The notes beneath the pieces were generated by a model, which was not told the DNA's origin, searched no databases, and saw only the letters and a program-made list of their open reading frames with translations. From NCBI GenBank assembly GCA_010093815.1, contig ML996565.1: 64,000 nt of DNA, one strand, 5' to 3'. The position numbers and the translations under genes were made by a program. This DNA comes from Pseudovirgaria hyperparasitica. Its lineage: Eukaryota. Shown here piece by piece: positions 12,574 through 25,423 of this stretch; positions within the stretch are counted from its first letter, which is position 1; the number at the start of each line of letters is the position of its first letter.

Positions 12574-15157
12574 TTATAACAACAACAGGTCTCCATTGCT
12601 CGGCGTTTGTGTCACCTGTTGTGGTTGATTTTGCGTGACAATGTACATGTTTTGCATCGCGGCATCGCCCGACATGCTTACAGGACTACCACCGAACCCA
12701 CCAATCGAGTCCGGACTGAGGTGCATATTGGCCAGTTGCGCACCACCGGGACCATTGAAGTACGCATCGGCAGCATCAGCCGCCGCAGCAATGTTCCCGT
12801 TTGAGTTTGCGAAATTCGTGTCTATCTCTGAAGGTCGTTGTTTTGCGGCTTGTTGGGCGGCAATGTAGCTTGGTAAAAGATGTTTCTGTAGTGCTTTAGA
12901 GTCCTGTAGTCGTCTAGGTCTTGCAGACCGGAACACCTGTTGGACTGGCTTAAGGTAGACTGTCGCAAGCGTACCGACGTTGAGACACATCTCTTCTAAT
13001 GTGGTCGGATCGAGCTTTTCGCTCTCTTCTGCTGTGATAGCGGGCTTATCGCCCATGACCACCTTTTTAGCGGTGTTGGGATCAGATGAAAGTAGTCGCC
13101 AATACATGTACCCTCGGTCTCGGAGATCTGGGTTATCTGTCTCTTCAGTCGCCCACTTCAAGACCTTCGGTACAAGCTCTTGTCCCTTGGTAGGTCTTTG
13201 AATGAACAGTTTCACGGTAGCTGTGAGAAGCGCGAGCTGAACTTCATGTGTCTCATCTGCGAACGTGAACAAGAAGTCATCAAGTAGTACATCGCTATTA
13301 TCAATCCTGTCCGCATACTCCCCGATGACCCATATCATCGCCGCTTTGGCCTCAGGTTCGTCGAGCGAGTCTAAATTGTCACAGAGCGTAGAGATGATCG
13401 ATTCGTACTGATTTGGATATTTGCGGAAGATGTTGCGGATTACCACGGTCGCCTCTTGTACTATGTATGATACTTTAGTAGCGACCAAGTCAAGCAGCGT
13501 ATTGATACATAGCCTTGCGGCTGGCTCAATCTTTATAGCTAGCTTTCCTATGGCGCGAACAGATTTCCGTACGAAATCGACATCGATTTCTGTCGCGTAC
13601 CTAGGACAGACAGTCAGTACGAAATTTATCGTCGTGAGTGTCATTGCTTACTCGCGGAGCTCTGTGAGAACTTCGTTGATGTTACGCTCATTGGCGAGCA
13701 TAAAAATTAGTTCTAACTTAGTAACCTTTACATATATTGGGTCGTTATATTTGCAGAAGAAAACACGAATATCATTTCGCAGGACATCCGGTCTTCTTTG
13801 AAGGATCAGGAGTGCATTACGGAGGGCGAGGTATTGGATTTCGGGTCCTTTGGAGAGTAGTGTGACAAGTGGCGGCGATAGCTTGTTACACAAGGCTGAT
13901 ATTATCTTCTCGTCGGCAATATAGTTCATGAGGTAGAGTACAACTCGTATACAGGTCAGGACGACAGCCGAGTTGCTATGTGAAAGTCGGGGCGAGATGC
14001 GCTCGGCCAGTAATGCGGCTTCTAGATTGTCCTGGGGGACGTAATTCATCATGGCTTCCAAGATGTACGTTTGACCCCATCTGCAACCATTAGCAATGTC
14101 TTAAGTGCGACGAATGCTGGACATACTCTGAGCACTCTGGTAGTATCTGTACTATCTTCGATGCGCTGGCATAGTCAATGGTCAGCTTGATGGACTCGCT
14201 CCTTTCCCAAATATCCATCAGCGCAGCCAATGCACTAGAGACCACAAAAGGATTGTCATCTCTAAGCATGCTATTCAATCGGTCGATGAGATCTGAGTTC
14301 TCCACCAAGTTCTTATTATGATCGTAAAGTTTGGCGACTGTAAAGGCCGCAGTTTTCCGCACGTATGGATCAGTATCCCGCAATAGGTTCTTGAGTGGTC
14401 CTATTGTTTTCTCAATGAACTGCGCTACGTGTATATAGGACATGGTCCTTAATGCGAGCGCTCGCACGAGAGGGTTGTTGTCTTCCATATCCTTCAGCCT
14501 TATTAGTATCTGCAACAGCAATCATGACAGAGTCGATATACCTGAACGAGGATTGGCAAAGCGTTGAGCGCAACATCTGGTTTTATACGCGCATAGTTGA
14601 CTAAGTAGAGGAAACACCTAGGAGAGTCATGAGCTACAAAGTCCTCCTCAAAGCCAGCTTTTTCTCACATCTTCTTTATCTCGAGGTTGGGTATCTGCAT
14701 GCAAACAATGACGTCGGGAAACAGAGCCACCATGTCGTTATTGCTCATGGTCATGTTGGCCACAATCTTCTTCAGTGCTATCTTCTTCCCAGCATGGTTT
14801 TTGTCCTTCTTTCCGCCAGCGGTAAGCTCTAATCGTAGTTCTGCGACTTTGCCCTGCGGAGGTCTGTTAGAAACACTATTGGTATGCAGCTTTGAGTTTA
14901 GACTAAGAGTCGTGAAAAACATGATTAGACAGTCCTAGATACATTTCTCGAGCGTGTTATCCAATGGAGCTGTAACTTTTTGGAAAGCAAGTCTCAGCCG
15001 CGGATACGAACGCTCGGTTGCGAGGATGCGGAGCGGTTGCTACGGGCTTGAGGCGCGAGTCTAGATATACGGCTGCGTCTGCAACCAAGCAATGAGGTAG
15101 AAGAGGTGAATAACCTACCCTGGCGAAAAGTTTCGCATCTTGCCCCGTTGTACTCAT
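12574..15157 (-). CDS. APL1: AP-2 adaptor complex beta subunit (beta-adaptin), multi-exon
   Basis: N-terminus [44 protein letters not shown] fits the fungal AP-2 beta type as I recall it, not AP-1 beta. Adaptin-N motifs [39 protein letters not shown] and [16 protein letters not shown]. Confidence 0.88.
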
Positions 15158-15598
15158 GCTGTCCGGATATGTCTGTTTCAACTTCTAAGGTGATATACGC
15201 TTTCCTCGATTGCGATTTAGTCGTTCTCCTTTAGTCCCCTCCAATACGAGCCGAAGCTGTCAGAGTCCGGGCGTTGCGATTTCGCGAAGGGTCTGATCGT
15301 TCGATTAGGCCACCAGGAAGTTTTTGAGCATGTCTAAGGGAAAGAAAATGACATTACAAACACGAAGAAGCGCGCGAATATGTGAATGACGAGTTGTTCC
15401 CATGCTCAAGTCTGCATCTGGGGTAAGGTTCAGTAGGGTAGCTCCTGCTTAATAAAACCGCTCCACATAACGTCCGTGCACAACGGACACTTTTGGACGA
15501 CGTTCAACGAGAATGTGGAAGCCTGTTCAAACAACCAACAACCACATTGCTCACACAGTGTTTGTCGAACATATACGTCGGAACTATTCAGTAACTCT

Positions 15599-16159
15599 AT
15601 GATGACTGCGCTTCCTCCTCCTCCCCCTCAGTGGGTACTTGATCTCGCAGCCACGCCAACAACGAAGCCGAAGATTTCCTCTATACCTGATCCTCCGGGC
15701 TTCACGACCGCGAAACAACAGCGCGGCGCTTCAGCGAAGACGCCTCAACGTAAACCCCCAACACAAGAAGAAATGGAAACACTGAAAGTGAAGAAGGCCT
15801 GGGAAGTTGCTATTGCACCTGCCAAACAGCTACCAATGAACGCTATCGGCATGTACATGTCTGGCTCTTCGCTACAGATATTCAGCATCATGATGGTGTT
15901 CATGCTATTCAAAACCCCTATTACCGCTGTTCTCAATATTCAGCGTACATTTCTGCCATTTGAAACACCCAACACATCTGGCCGCCTGATTCAGGTCAAG
16001 CTGGTTTTCTTGGCGACAAACTGCGCAGCTCTGGCTTTGGGAATATGGAAGGTGAATCAGATGGGACTTCTACCAACAACACGAAGTGACTGGCTAGCTT
16101 GGGAAGAGCCGCGGACGAATCTGGAACTGGCGGTACCGGGACTTGGCATAGGCATATAA
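15599..16159 (+). CDS. EMC4: ER membrane protein complex subunit 4
   Basis: LKVKKAWEVAIAPAKQLPMNAIGMYMSGSSLQIFSIMM and MGLLPTTRSDWLAWE are EMC4/TMEM85 signatures; ATG at 15599. Confidence 0.9.
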   Translation: MMTALPPPPPQWVLDLAATPTTKPKISSIPDPPGFTTAKQQRGASAKTPQRKPPTQEEMETLKVKKAWEVAIAPAKQLPMNAIGMYMSGSSLQIFSIMMVFMLFKTPITAVLNIQRTFLPFETPNTSGRLIQVKLVFLATNCAALALGIWKVNQMGLLPTTRSDWLAWEEPRTNLELAVPGLGIGI

Positions 16160-17639
16160 GTGGAATAGATTACACCAGCGGGAGGCATTACCTGGGAGGA
16201 GAATCATATAGTAATTACAGAAACTGCTATTGAGAGATGAATAGAGCTCTCGCTCGTGTCGCAGCCATATCTCCGCGGTCGATTGTATGTCTCGGTTCCA
16301 ATCTTATATGGTCCTGTCGTATGAGTATGAGTCCGGCGCTGTCCAGATCTTTGATCCAGCTGCGCTTTGAATGGATATCTGCTGGACGCTCGCTCACATG
16401 ACTCGCTATACAAACCACTTATTGATGTGTAATCCAAAACTACCTCCTTCACATGCTGCTAGAGGAGTAGTGACTATGCGAGGAAACACGCGTTAGAGCT
16501 GATATGATGAAAATTTGGGAGGTCCTAAGAAAATATTAGACGGAATGAGCAATAAGCAAGTAGGGAATGAAATTGAATAAGCGGCTAGGACGGAGAGAAT
16601 GCTGGACGAAGCGGGGAAAAGGCGTCAAGGCTAAGGTGTCACGAGCTTATATTGATGAGGTTCGGATTCAATTCATGACTCGTCACTATGGCCTGGGCAA
16701 GCTTGTGTCCTAGCTGACCTATCATGGTAGATACAAGGTCGGTAAAGCATAGTAACACATTACCAGGTGTTACAAAGTGGAATGCAGGCTTCTCAGTCGG
16801 GCGAGCTAAGCACGCTGAAGCAGAGGTTGTGAATTGGACCCGTCCTGTTGGAATCTGTAGGATTGAGAGCAAAGCACCCGTCATGGTACAATAAACATGG
16901 ATGCGGATACCTACTACATACCTCGAGTGTCCATTCTCGTGCGTCGGAGCAGTGCGCACAAACATGCACGCATACGCCGCAATAAGGTCCCTGGCACGGA
17001 AGGTGTAGTGATCACCGTGACCAGCTACCTTGTTGAGCTGATGCAGATGCAGATGCTAAACCCCAACACCTCCACACGCAAGGGCTGACACTGGACACTG
17101 GTGAATGATGAACAATGATGGTGGCAGGAAATGATATGGACGCTTGAGAGTCAGGCATCAGGCTTACGCTGCTTATTCCCTACATACTACTAGTACTACT
17201 ACTGTAATTAGTAGTTAGTCACCTAATTAGTCCCTCCAAGCTTCTTTCACACACTGGACCCCGCAGAACAGTGGGGAGCTCGTGTCCGCCTGATCCCTGC
17301 CACACGCCCAGACTAGTATTCTTTAGGACTAGCACCCACGCTCAAAGTGACGTCGGCGCCAGGGTAGCTGCAGGATTTGAAACTTTGAGAGAGAGAGGGA
17401 AGGTGCAATCTGGGTGATGTTGCAGCTCATATTCAGGCTCACATTCAGGCAGCCTTTGCTCATAAACCTGGGGCTACTGCGGCCAAACAAAACCCCCTCT
17501 CTGTCCCGTGAAGAAGCTTGGAGGTCTCCTTCTCTGCCTCCCGCAAACTATCTCCGGTCACTCTTCTTTACACTTCTCGAGCTCTATACGCAGCAGCGAG
17601 TCAGAGTTCCTTTGCGAAGTCAAAGCATATAACAGCATC

Positions 17640-18941
17640 ATGCCGTCTCAGATCTCCAACAACGAGACGATCGAATCGGCCCACCAGGCCGTCCACTGTA
17701 AGTCAAGGTATCCCTAACTGTCACCTCTCACATGTCACTCGCTCTTCCCTTCTGCCTTGGTTGTTCCAAGTATTCCATCGTATATCAGACAGCTGCTGTC
17801 TACCAACTACCATCTACGTATCATCTCTTACACTATGAGTGCTCGTCATCTCATTCGCACTCGAAGCAATTCTGCCAGTCTTTCTAACAGTCAACCTCCA
17901 GCCATCAATCCGTTCAAGTCTGGCGACTCCTCTCGTGAAGCTGTACTCACGTATAAGATTGGCACCGCCCTGTCATGGCTTCTGCTTCTCATCACCAGCG
18001 TCTACTACACCTTCGCTCGCCCTCACGACGGAGGCAATGGCCGTAAGGACAGACACACCATATGGGGTCAAAATGATCTTCATCCTACCGCTTTTGCCTT
18101 GAATAGTGTCATTGTGAGCATCTACTGGTGAGTCTGGGTCTGAATGTCGAATGGGTGTAGTCTCTGACGACAAGTTCTAGGATCGTTCTCTACATTCTAC
18201 AAATTGGCTACTCGTGGCACCTGTACAGCGGCAACTCCGTTTATGTGACTGCAGCTGCAACTGTCGGATCACACTTCATCCTCAACAATCTATTCCTCTT
18301 CGCCTTTATAATGCTCTGGGTGCGCTCGTACTTCTGGATCGCGGAGTTGATCCTCGCTCTCAATTTCATCAACCTCTCCACCGCCTACTTTAATCACAGC
18401 AAGACTCCGCGCTGGATTCACATCGCTGTTGTTTCGGCCCCACTGGCATGGAACTTTGTGGCTCTGTACTGGGCTGGAGCTGCCGCTATCAATCCGAATG
18501 GGCACAGTCTGGTGGCACGCATCGTCGCGAACATCTTTGTCTGGGGTATATTGACATACGGGGCGTTCTTCTTGGCTGCATACAAGGATTACACTATGGG
18601 CTTTGAGTTGTCCATTCTGGCAGCTGGTAAGTCTTTTTGTGGTGAAAATGGAGACATGAACAGTTCACTAGATTGGAAAGTCCTGGATCATGTCCCCATT
18701 CACTATTCAGCCACTCATCAAAGTTGTCATTATCGCTAACATCATGATAGCTCTCGGCGTTGGTCAATTCCTCACCAAGACCATTGCATTTCAGTGGATC
18801 TTCGCTTTCGTCATCATGAGCGTTCTGTTCGTCCTCTCGCTTGCAGTCGGCATTCCAGGCCTACTTGGCCAGGACCCCATCAAGCGCGGACAGATCGTTT
18901 CCGAGGATCGTGAGCGTGCGCCTCTGTTGGCCGACGATTGA
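17640..18941 (+). CDS. DUF1774-like fungal multi-pass membrane protein, 4 exons
   Basis: Exon 1 (ATG 17640, MPSQISNNE..) splices via intron 17698-17901 into INPF..TYKIGTALSWLL. Further introns at ~18129-18180 and ~18627-18750. Motifs HTIWGQN, VGSHFILNNL, KDYTMGF and C-terminal ERAPLL. Confidence 0.78.
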
Positions 18942-19320
18942 TGTATGACAGATGCTGGGCAAATGGTCACAGCTCAGTACGCATTACACTAACACATCAT
19001 GGCTTCCTCGACTCGAAAGGCATGATCCGGGATACCAACTGAGGATGACCGGATGCTATTACGAGCAAAGTCTGCTTCAGGTCTCCCTAGCATTAACGGG
19101 CGTCTTGTTTTAGGAGCATGCATTCTCGATAGTTTTGATCCTTATTCTGTAGCGTAATTGACGATGTTGTTTTTCCACGACGCCGGCCCCTTGCGGAGTC
19201 TTGATATGAATGGTATCTTCTATGTTGAAAGAGAAGTAGACATGCCTCTAAGGGCAGTACATGATGTAGACATCTATCCCAACGCCGTAACAGTACCGTA
19301 TACACCCAATCTAAGCATGC

Positions 19321-20958
19321 TCACACATGTCCATTCGTCTTGCCCTGCCTCACCAACCATGTCAGCAAATCAACCTTTGTAACCACCGCCACAGGCTTCA
19401 TCGTCCCCTGCCCATCTTTCTCCGTCACCACCGCCGCGCTGTTCCACTCGAAGAACCGACTCAGCGAACTCAGCGGCGTGTCCCGTGTAATCTCCACGAA
19501 CGGCCTCGGGCCCTTGCCCTTGGGTCGACGAATCCTCGCATCTCCATTCGCAGCAGCATGCTTATCCTCGAGCGACTGCGCCTCAAACAGAGCCGTGAAA
19601 TCGGTCGGATCGGTGACAATCTCGGCCAACTTGCCGAAATCAAACATCACCTCGGTGACGGGCGACGTGGGACTCGCACGCCCACGGCTGATCCACGAGA
19701 GCAGATTGCCCAGAGTCAACATGCCGACGAGCCTTGTGCCGTTTGGCGCGGACGCGACGGGGATCTGGTCGAAGCCCTTGTCGCGCATCGTCTCGATGGC
19801 GGCGCCGCATGTGCTGTCGCTGAGCACGGTAGTGATGGGCTTGAGGCGCAGCGCGGAGACGGTCGCGCCGTGGAAGGGATCATGCGATGCGGACACGGAG
19901 GTGCGACGGGTCGAGATGTGCGCTGGCGGGGACGGCGGCGGGGTCGAGGGGAGGAGGTCGTTTGCGGCGAGCCAGTCGTCGTCGACGAATTTGGAGAGGT
20001 AGCTGCGGATGGAGTCGGGGAGGATGACGACGACGGTGTCGTCGGCGGTGAGGGCGAGGTCTTTGCATGCTTTGATGGCGGCGTCGAGGGCGGACCCGGA
20101 GCTGCCGCCGCAGAGGATGCCTTCTTCGGCGATGAGGCGGCGGGCGTAGTGGAAGGCGGCGCGGTCGTCGGTTTTGTACCATTTGTTCACGCTGCTTTGG
20201 TTGAGCACGCCGGGAACGAAGTCATAGCCGATGCCCTCGACTTTGTAGCCCTCAGAGGAGGTGTTGAGGGATGAGGGCTGCGCAAGGATCGAGCCGATAG
20301 GGTCGGCGCCGATGATGCGCACTGTCGAGCTGTGTTTGCGGATACCGTTTGCGAGGCCTGTGATTGTGCCGCCTGTGCCGACGCCGGCGACGATGGCGGT
20401 CACTTTGCCTTCTGTTTGCTCCCAGATTTCCTCTGCGGTGCCGAATTCGTGGGCGAGGGGGTTGTTCTCGTTGTTGTATTGGTCGAGGATGTGCGAGTTG
20501 GGAATCTCCTTGTGTAGACGCTTTGCGACGCCGATGTTCGACTCAGGAGATTCGGAGGCAGCTTGTGTTGGGGTGCGAATGATTTCAGCGTTGAAGGCGC
20601 GGAGAACAGAGACCTTTTCCGGCGACATCTTCTCCGGAAGAGTGATGATGACTCTGTAGCCCTTGACTGCGCCGACGAGAGCGAGACCGATACCAGTGTT
20701 ACCACTCGTCGGCTCTATCAATGTGTCGCCTGGCTTTATGCGACCCTCCTTCTCAGCTTGTTCTATCATGCGAAGCGCAATGCGGTCCTTCACACTGCCT
20801 CCGGCATTGAACATCTCCAGCTTTGCGTACATGTTTGCCTCTATTCCCAAGCTCTTTGGTATCTTATTCAGGCGCACCAGTGGTGTGTTCCCAATTTGCT
20901 CGATCACAGACTCCATCACTACTGGAGGGATGGCGGGGCGCGTCTTGGTGGAAGCCAT
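19321..20958 (-). CDS. CYS4: Cystathionine beta-synthase (PLP domain plus C-terminal CBS pair), intronless
   Basis: IGNTPLVRL, PLP lysine motif NAGGSVKDR, EPTSGNTG, GVGTGGT, YKVEGIGYDF, DSIRSYLSKF, and CBS domains (GFDQIPV; VVTKVDLL). Confidence 0.96.
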   Translation of the reverse strand: MASTKTRPAIPPVVMESVIEQIGNTPLVRLNKIPKSLGIEANMYAKLEMFNAGGSVKDRIALRMIEQAEKEGRIKPGDTLIEPTSGNTGIGLALVGAVKGYRVIITLPEKMSPEKVSVLRAFNAEIIRTPTQAASESPESNIGVAKRLHKEIPNSHILDQYNNENNPLAHEFGTAEEIWEQTEGKVTAIVAGVGTGGTITGLANGIRKHSSTVRIIGADPIGSILAQPSSLNTSSEGYKVEGIGYDFVPGVLNQSSVNKWYKTDDRAAFHYARRLIAEEGILCGGSSGSALDAAIKACKDLALTADDTVVVILPDSIRSYLSKFVDDDWLAANDLLPSTPPPSPPAHISTRRTSVSASHDPFHGATVSALRLKPITTVLSDSTCGAAIETMRDKGFDQIPVASAPNGTRLVGMLTLGNLLSWISRGRASPTSPVTEVMFDFGKLAEIVTDPTDFTALFEAQSLEDKHAAANGDARIRRPKGKGPRPFVEITRDTPLSSLSRFFEWNSAAVVTEKDGQGTMKPVAVVTKVDLLTWLVRQGKTNGHV

Positions 20959-21537
20959 CTTGAGTTGTACGTTTGAGCTGATGCAGGAGTCAGGAACAAA
21001 AGATTTAGAACAAATCTATGAAGAAATGATTGAGGAAATCGGCCAGATCCGACACACGCTGTAGAACGTTCGTTGGTGTTAGTCGTCGTCTCAACTTTTT
21101 CATCCGGATATCCAAGGTGGCGTCGGGGTTCAAGCAAAGCCGTTTGTACCCGCAAAAGGAGCCCCGCCCTGGCTAGACGCTAAACTGAGCTAGTTCAGCC
21201 CTATGGAGATGAAGCATGCAGTACTCAACGCTTATTAGATCAAAAGAAGTAGTTTACAGCTCCAGGAAACTAATTCATATGGACGTCTATTACCCTTTGG
21301 GAATTTCATAGACTGCACGCATACATACTGGTAATATCATCACTTGCGCTCGCAAAGATAGACTTAAACACTGTGGCGATTGTGCAATCGGCGCCGCCGA
21401 TTTGCACATACGCTTTATATGTACTACAGATTTCATGTATTAAACTCTAGATTTAATTCGTCTATAGTGACCCACGTACGTTGGCTTTCGCAGATGTCAT
21501 CTGCTCTTCTTCGTATGATTGCGCGACCAAAGCGCAA

Positions 21538-22481
21538 TCAAATTTGCTTGGCTATCCACTCCCACCACTTGCCCACGCCAGGGCCATCTGCGCCTGTGAC
21601 ATTTCCCCCTATGACATCCACAAATACATTGACCTCCTCCATTTGTCTGAACTCAAACTTTCCCTCGCCCCCATCCCCAAGCCACTCCTTCTCTTCCTCC
21701 ACTGCGTCATCACTAGTGCCAATGCCAGAATCCAGTAGCCCTTTCGATTTTGTGTTCCTCACATTTGTGATTTCCTTCTCTAATTCTGTCTTGACGAGTT
21801 TCTCAGGCAAAGCGGTGAATAGGTCGAACTTGTTTGCTGCTATCAAGACTGGTAGCTCCTTCGGTCCCTTGCTAGTTTTCGCACTCGTGTATCGCTTTTG
21901 CAACGCTAGTAGCACATCGTGAAGGTACTCCGCAGCCTCGGTGAGGCCCTCTTCTGCGCGTCCTCCTGACTCTTTCGATAAATTCGCCGCATCAACCACG
22001 AATATTATGCCCTTCAACGTCTTCGCATCAAGTTTGTCTGAAGCAAATTGTCTGAGTTTGCCGTGGCCGGGAGTATCGGTAAGTATGAAGCGCTGCGCTC
22101 CACTGAAAGAAGAGTCATTCTCGGATCGGTATTCGTTGGAGGCAGACTTGATCGTGGAAGGCAGGGTGATTTCGGCACTTGAAGGCGTTTGAGAGGTATG
22201 TGTTGCTGAGGTCGAGCCGCGCTCAAGCTACAAATAGCGATCAGTTTATTCCTGGTGTTGAATGGCCTTCCAAGTCATACAAGGGTTAATAGCGACGTCT
22301 TGCCCGCGCCACTAGGTCCTAGAAGCAAGAATGAGGCTGTAGACGCTTGCGCTTGTGTCCGGTACAGGATTGTGTGTATTAAGACTGGTAGTAGGAGGGC
22401 TATCAGAGCTGTTACTATAATAGCAGATATGCTTGGGCTAAAAACCCATGTGAGCCAGCTGTCTTGGTCGTGCCAAGCCAT
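21538..22481 (-). CDS. SRP102: Signal recognition particle receptor beta subunit
   Basis: N-terminal TM helix, P-loop GPSGAGKT, G3 DTPGHGKLR, G4 ANKFD and ELEKEITNVR; one intron at ~22228-22279. Confidence 0.88.
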
Positions 22482-23033
22482 AACAACGGAGGTTCAGGAT
22501 CGCAAGATTCTGGTGCTGGAGGCTCAAGAAGTGCATGCGACATCAGCTTTTGTAGGTATGTGAATTTTGTCTTTTTCGGGATTGTGAACTCCGCCATGAG
22601 CTCATAAGCTTCGTGGCCGCTTTCGCTCTCCGAAGCTAGTGCGAAGTGAGGCTAGCTTAGCTCAGCTAGTCCGCCCTCCGCCTCCCGAAAATATACCTAC
22701 GAAGAGAATAGATCGGACATTGTTTCTTTCAACTTTCGCAATCTCATCTACTAATGGCATGGATAAATCCATCGAGTTAGCAAACGTGCTGTTGACTCAC
22801 ATCTATCATAACTTGAACAATCTCTCATCCTGCCGGCTGTATGCATTGTAAATTTGCAATCATAGTATCTAATGGGACAAATGGATTAGAGCCTCTATAT
22901 TTCAAGACGTCAAAGCATCAAAATGAAATTGAATGAGAGTTAACGATCTATAGAAAGATTGGCGCGTAGGTTATATCCGGTCATACACAATGAGCGTAGT
23001 AGTACAAAAGTCCTCATCCTCCAACCTTCTACT

Positions 23034-23677
23034 CTAAGCGGGAGACTGGCCGTTGCACCAGGGGTTGCCCAGAGCCGAGATGCCCAACCCCTTCTTCCAC
23101 TCATTCCACTGGTAAATCCCCGCTGATTTGTAGCAGGCAGTGTCTAGAACCCCCTGGGCCTGGGCAACTTCGTTTGATGTTGCTAAAGTCAAAGTATCAG
23201 CAAATTTTCCTCCTTAGTAGACTCAAATTGTCATTACGTACCATGGTTTCCATTGCCCCATTCACACAGATAAGCATAGGTTCCTGCATCCGTCAAGGCA
23301 AAGTAGTGTCCGTGGACCCAAGGAGACTCCCCATTGCCCTGAGAGTTCGCCCAGTTCGACAAACTACCCCAGGCAGTTTCGACGGCATCCTGTTGCTGGG
23401 TGCTGAACCCGAAGTCTTCGCAGCCTGTCCATGTGTTGACACGCTTCTCGACAGCCATACGGTCAAGAGCTGCGGGAGTGGTGGTGTTGAGGTTGGCAAG
23501 ACGCTTGATGACAGGGGCGCCGGTGGAATCGAAAGAGAAATGGTGGATTCCGGCCTCGAGGTCGAGCGGAAGTGGTGGAAGGCCACCGGCTTGACCGGCA
23601 CCAGACTGGGTGGCTGGAAGCGCGGAGGTGGTTGCTGCAATAGCAGCGAGTAGGGAGATAGGAGTCGAGAAATGCAT
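23034..23677 (-). CDS. Small secreted cysteine-containing protein (candidate effector), 2 exons
   Basis: Signal peptide MHFSTPISLLAAIAATTSA, pro-region with dibasic VIKR and VEKR. Intron 23183-23241 (GTACGT..GCTGAT..TAG); exon 2 reads ATSNEVAQAQGVLDTACYKSAGIYQWNEWKKGLGISALGNPWCNGQSPA*. Mature part has 4 Cys. TATA-like element at ~23805. Confidence 0.82.
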
Positions 23678-25423
23678 TTTGAGATTGGTTTAGATGTAAA
23701 GTTTCAAACTAGGTCTGGATTCTGTGGTAGGTATGGTTGTTCTGAATGTTTTGGAAGGTTGAGCTGTTGATGAATATTGATTCGGGTGCTGAGATATCTC
23801 ATACTTATACAGATCTTGCAATACTAAATATAGGTTCTAGAGCGTGTGATGCTATTACCTTGAGTTGATCGACATTCTGAGAGGGGCCATTCCACAAGTC
23901 TGTCGTCATAGTATCTCGAAGGCCGTGTCGAAAAATGAAACAGATGGTGGATACAACCATGACAGCTTTGTCATAACAAAACTTCGAGGTGGCACCAAAA
24001 TACATGCATTACCCTACTTGGAAAAGATAAACATTTGCACAGACCTCCAAAATACTTTTGAAGTTAGCTTTGCCACAACCAACACAACATAGGTTATGTA
24101 AGTCTGGACATGCTATGGTTAGAGACGTTTTTGCGATGAGCCTTACCGTCGTCATACCGTGACTTGCAGCGTTTGTTGCATGATCAGCAACGAGCTTAGA
24201 CACCAAAAAGTACAGGATGCCTAAAAGTCAGACCTAAATCCTGCAATACAGCGAGTACTAGGACTTCCGGACATGGCTTAGCGGTTTTCTGTAAAGCGTC
24301 GGCCGACGGTAATAGCCGAGCTAGCCCCACATCTTCCTATGCAAGCATGAGTTTGCTGATTTCACAAACGTCAATCCCAACTCAGCCCCTACACTAATTA
24401 CACACGATGAGGCTGACAGTGTCTATCACCGGTGTACGGCCACGGCTTCTGCTGAAATATCGTTTACCTAGCACTTTTCGCACATCATACACAACACAAC
24501 ACGTGCACAGATGTTTTAGTGCTCTATGCAGACATAACTCTTTGTTGCTTGACTGTTGGACTAATTATGCCAGAAAGGAACTTTATTCGCGCATAGGCAG
24601 AGGCTCCAAGTTCATGGACGAATTACTTCGCGTTCCCAAGTCTACGACGCTGATTGGCAGGTAGAATCCAGGCTTCATATTCCTCATAACTGCCGTGTAG
24701 CAGCAGGGGTAACGTGCGTGAGACAGTGAGGCAGAGTCCGGAACCTGCAACACAATTCAAGTATCGAGCTCCTCCGAGACGAAGTTCCTCCGTGATGACG
24801 TCTGTACCTGTAAGATCTCCAAGTTCTCCATCCTATGGTCAGCAATGGAGACCAACAATACGCTGAATCCAACATTCACTATGTAGTGTAGTCATGTATG
24901 CGGTCTCCACTCTCTGTGTTTTACTGATAGCTCCACTGATCGTCCTCAGCTACTAGGCAAGAGTAGACATTGGTAATATCACATTCAAAGCGACAAAACG
25001 CTCGTTCGCATGAGATTGATGCCAGTCAGGGCAATACTCAGCAACATAGCCCCATGACTACATTCGCTGTCATGCAGATCATACTACAGTCGTAGAGCTA
25101 TGTTTCATGTTCGATCGACGATTCAGTGATTGACAAGAATGTCTCTGATCAACGACCGCTGTTGTCTGTTGCATTGGAAATGTAAAAATAGTCTTCATCG
25201 AGGCTTGAGACTTCATATTCGCCGATCACAACATTTTTGCATGACAAGAGGGAGTAGACAGGTGGAATCCTAAGACCCCATATTCGAGTATAAAGAGGAC
25301 ATATATGATTTTGTAGAATCAAACCATATTCATTTCCTCACCCTCGAAACATAACATTATCTCGAAGCCATTACCAGAATACCTCGTCGTTTGCCTTTCA
25401 TTGTGTCTTAAATTTCTATCATC

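Noticed and set aside
19327..20274. 315 aa and 220 aa ORFs antisense to CYS4, with similar cases over LAP1, the MetE-like gene and the sugar porter
   Set aside because: Shadow ORFs caused by GC-rich codon usage; they have no recognisable motifs.
22645..22690. GGCTAGCTTAGCTCAG resembling a tRNA 5' end/A-box
   Set aside because: No T-loop (GTTCRA) or cloverleaf follows; it lies in the SRP102 promoter region.
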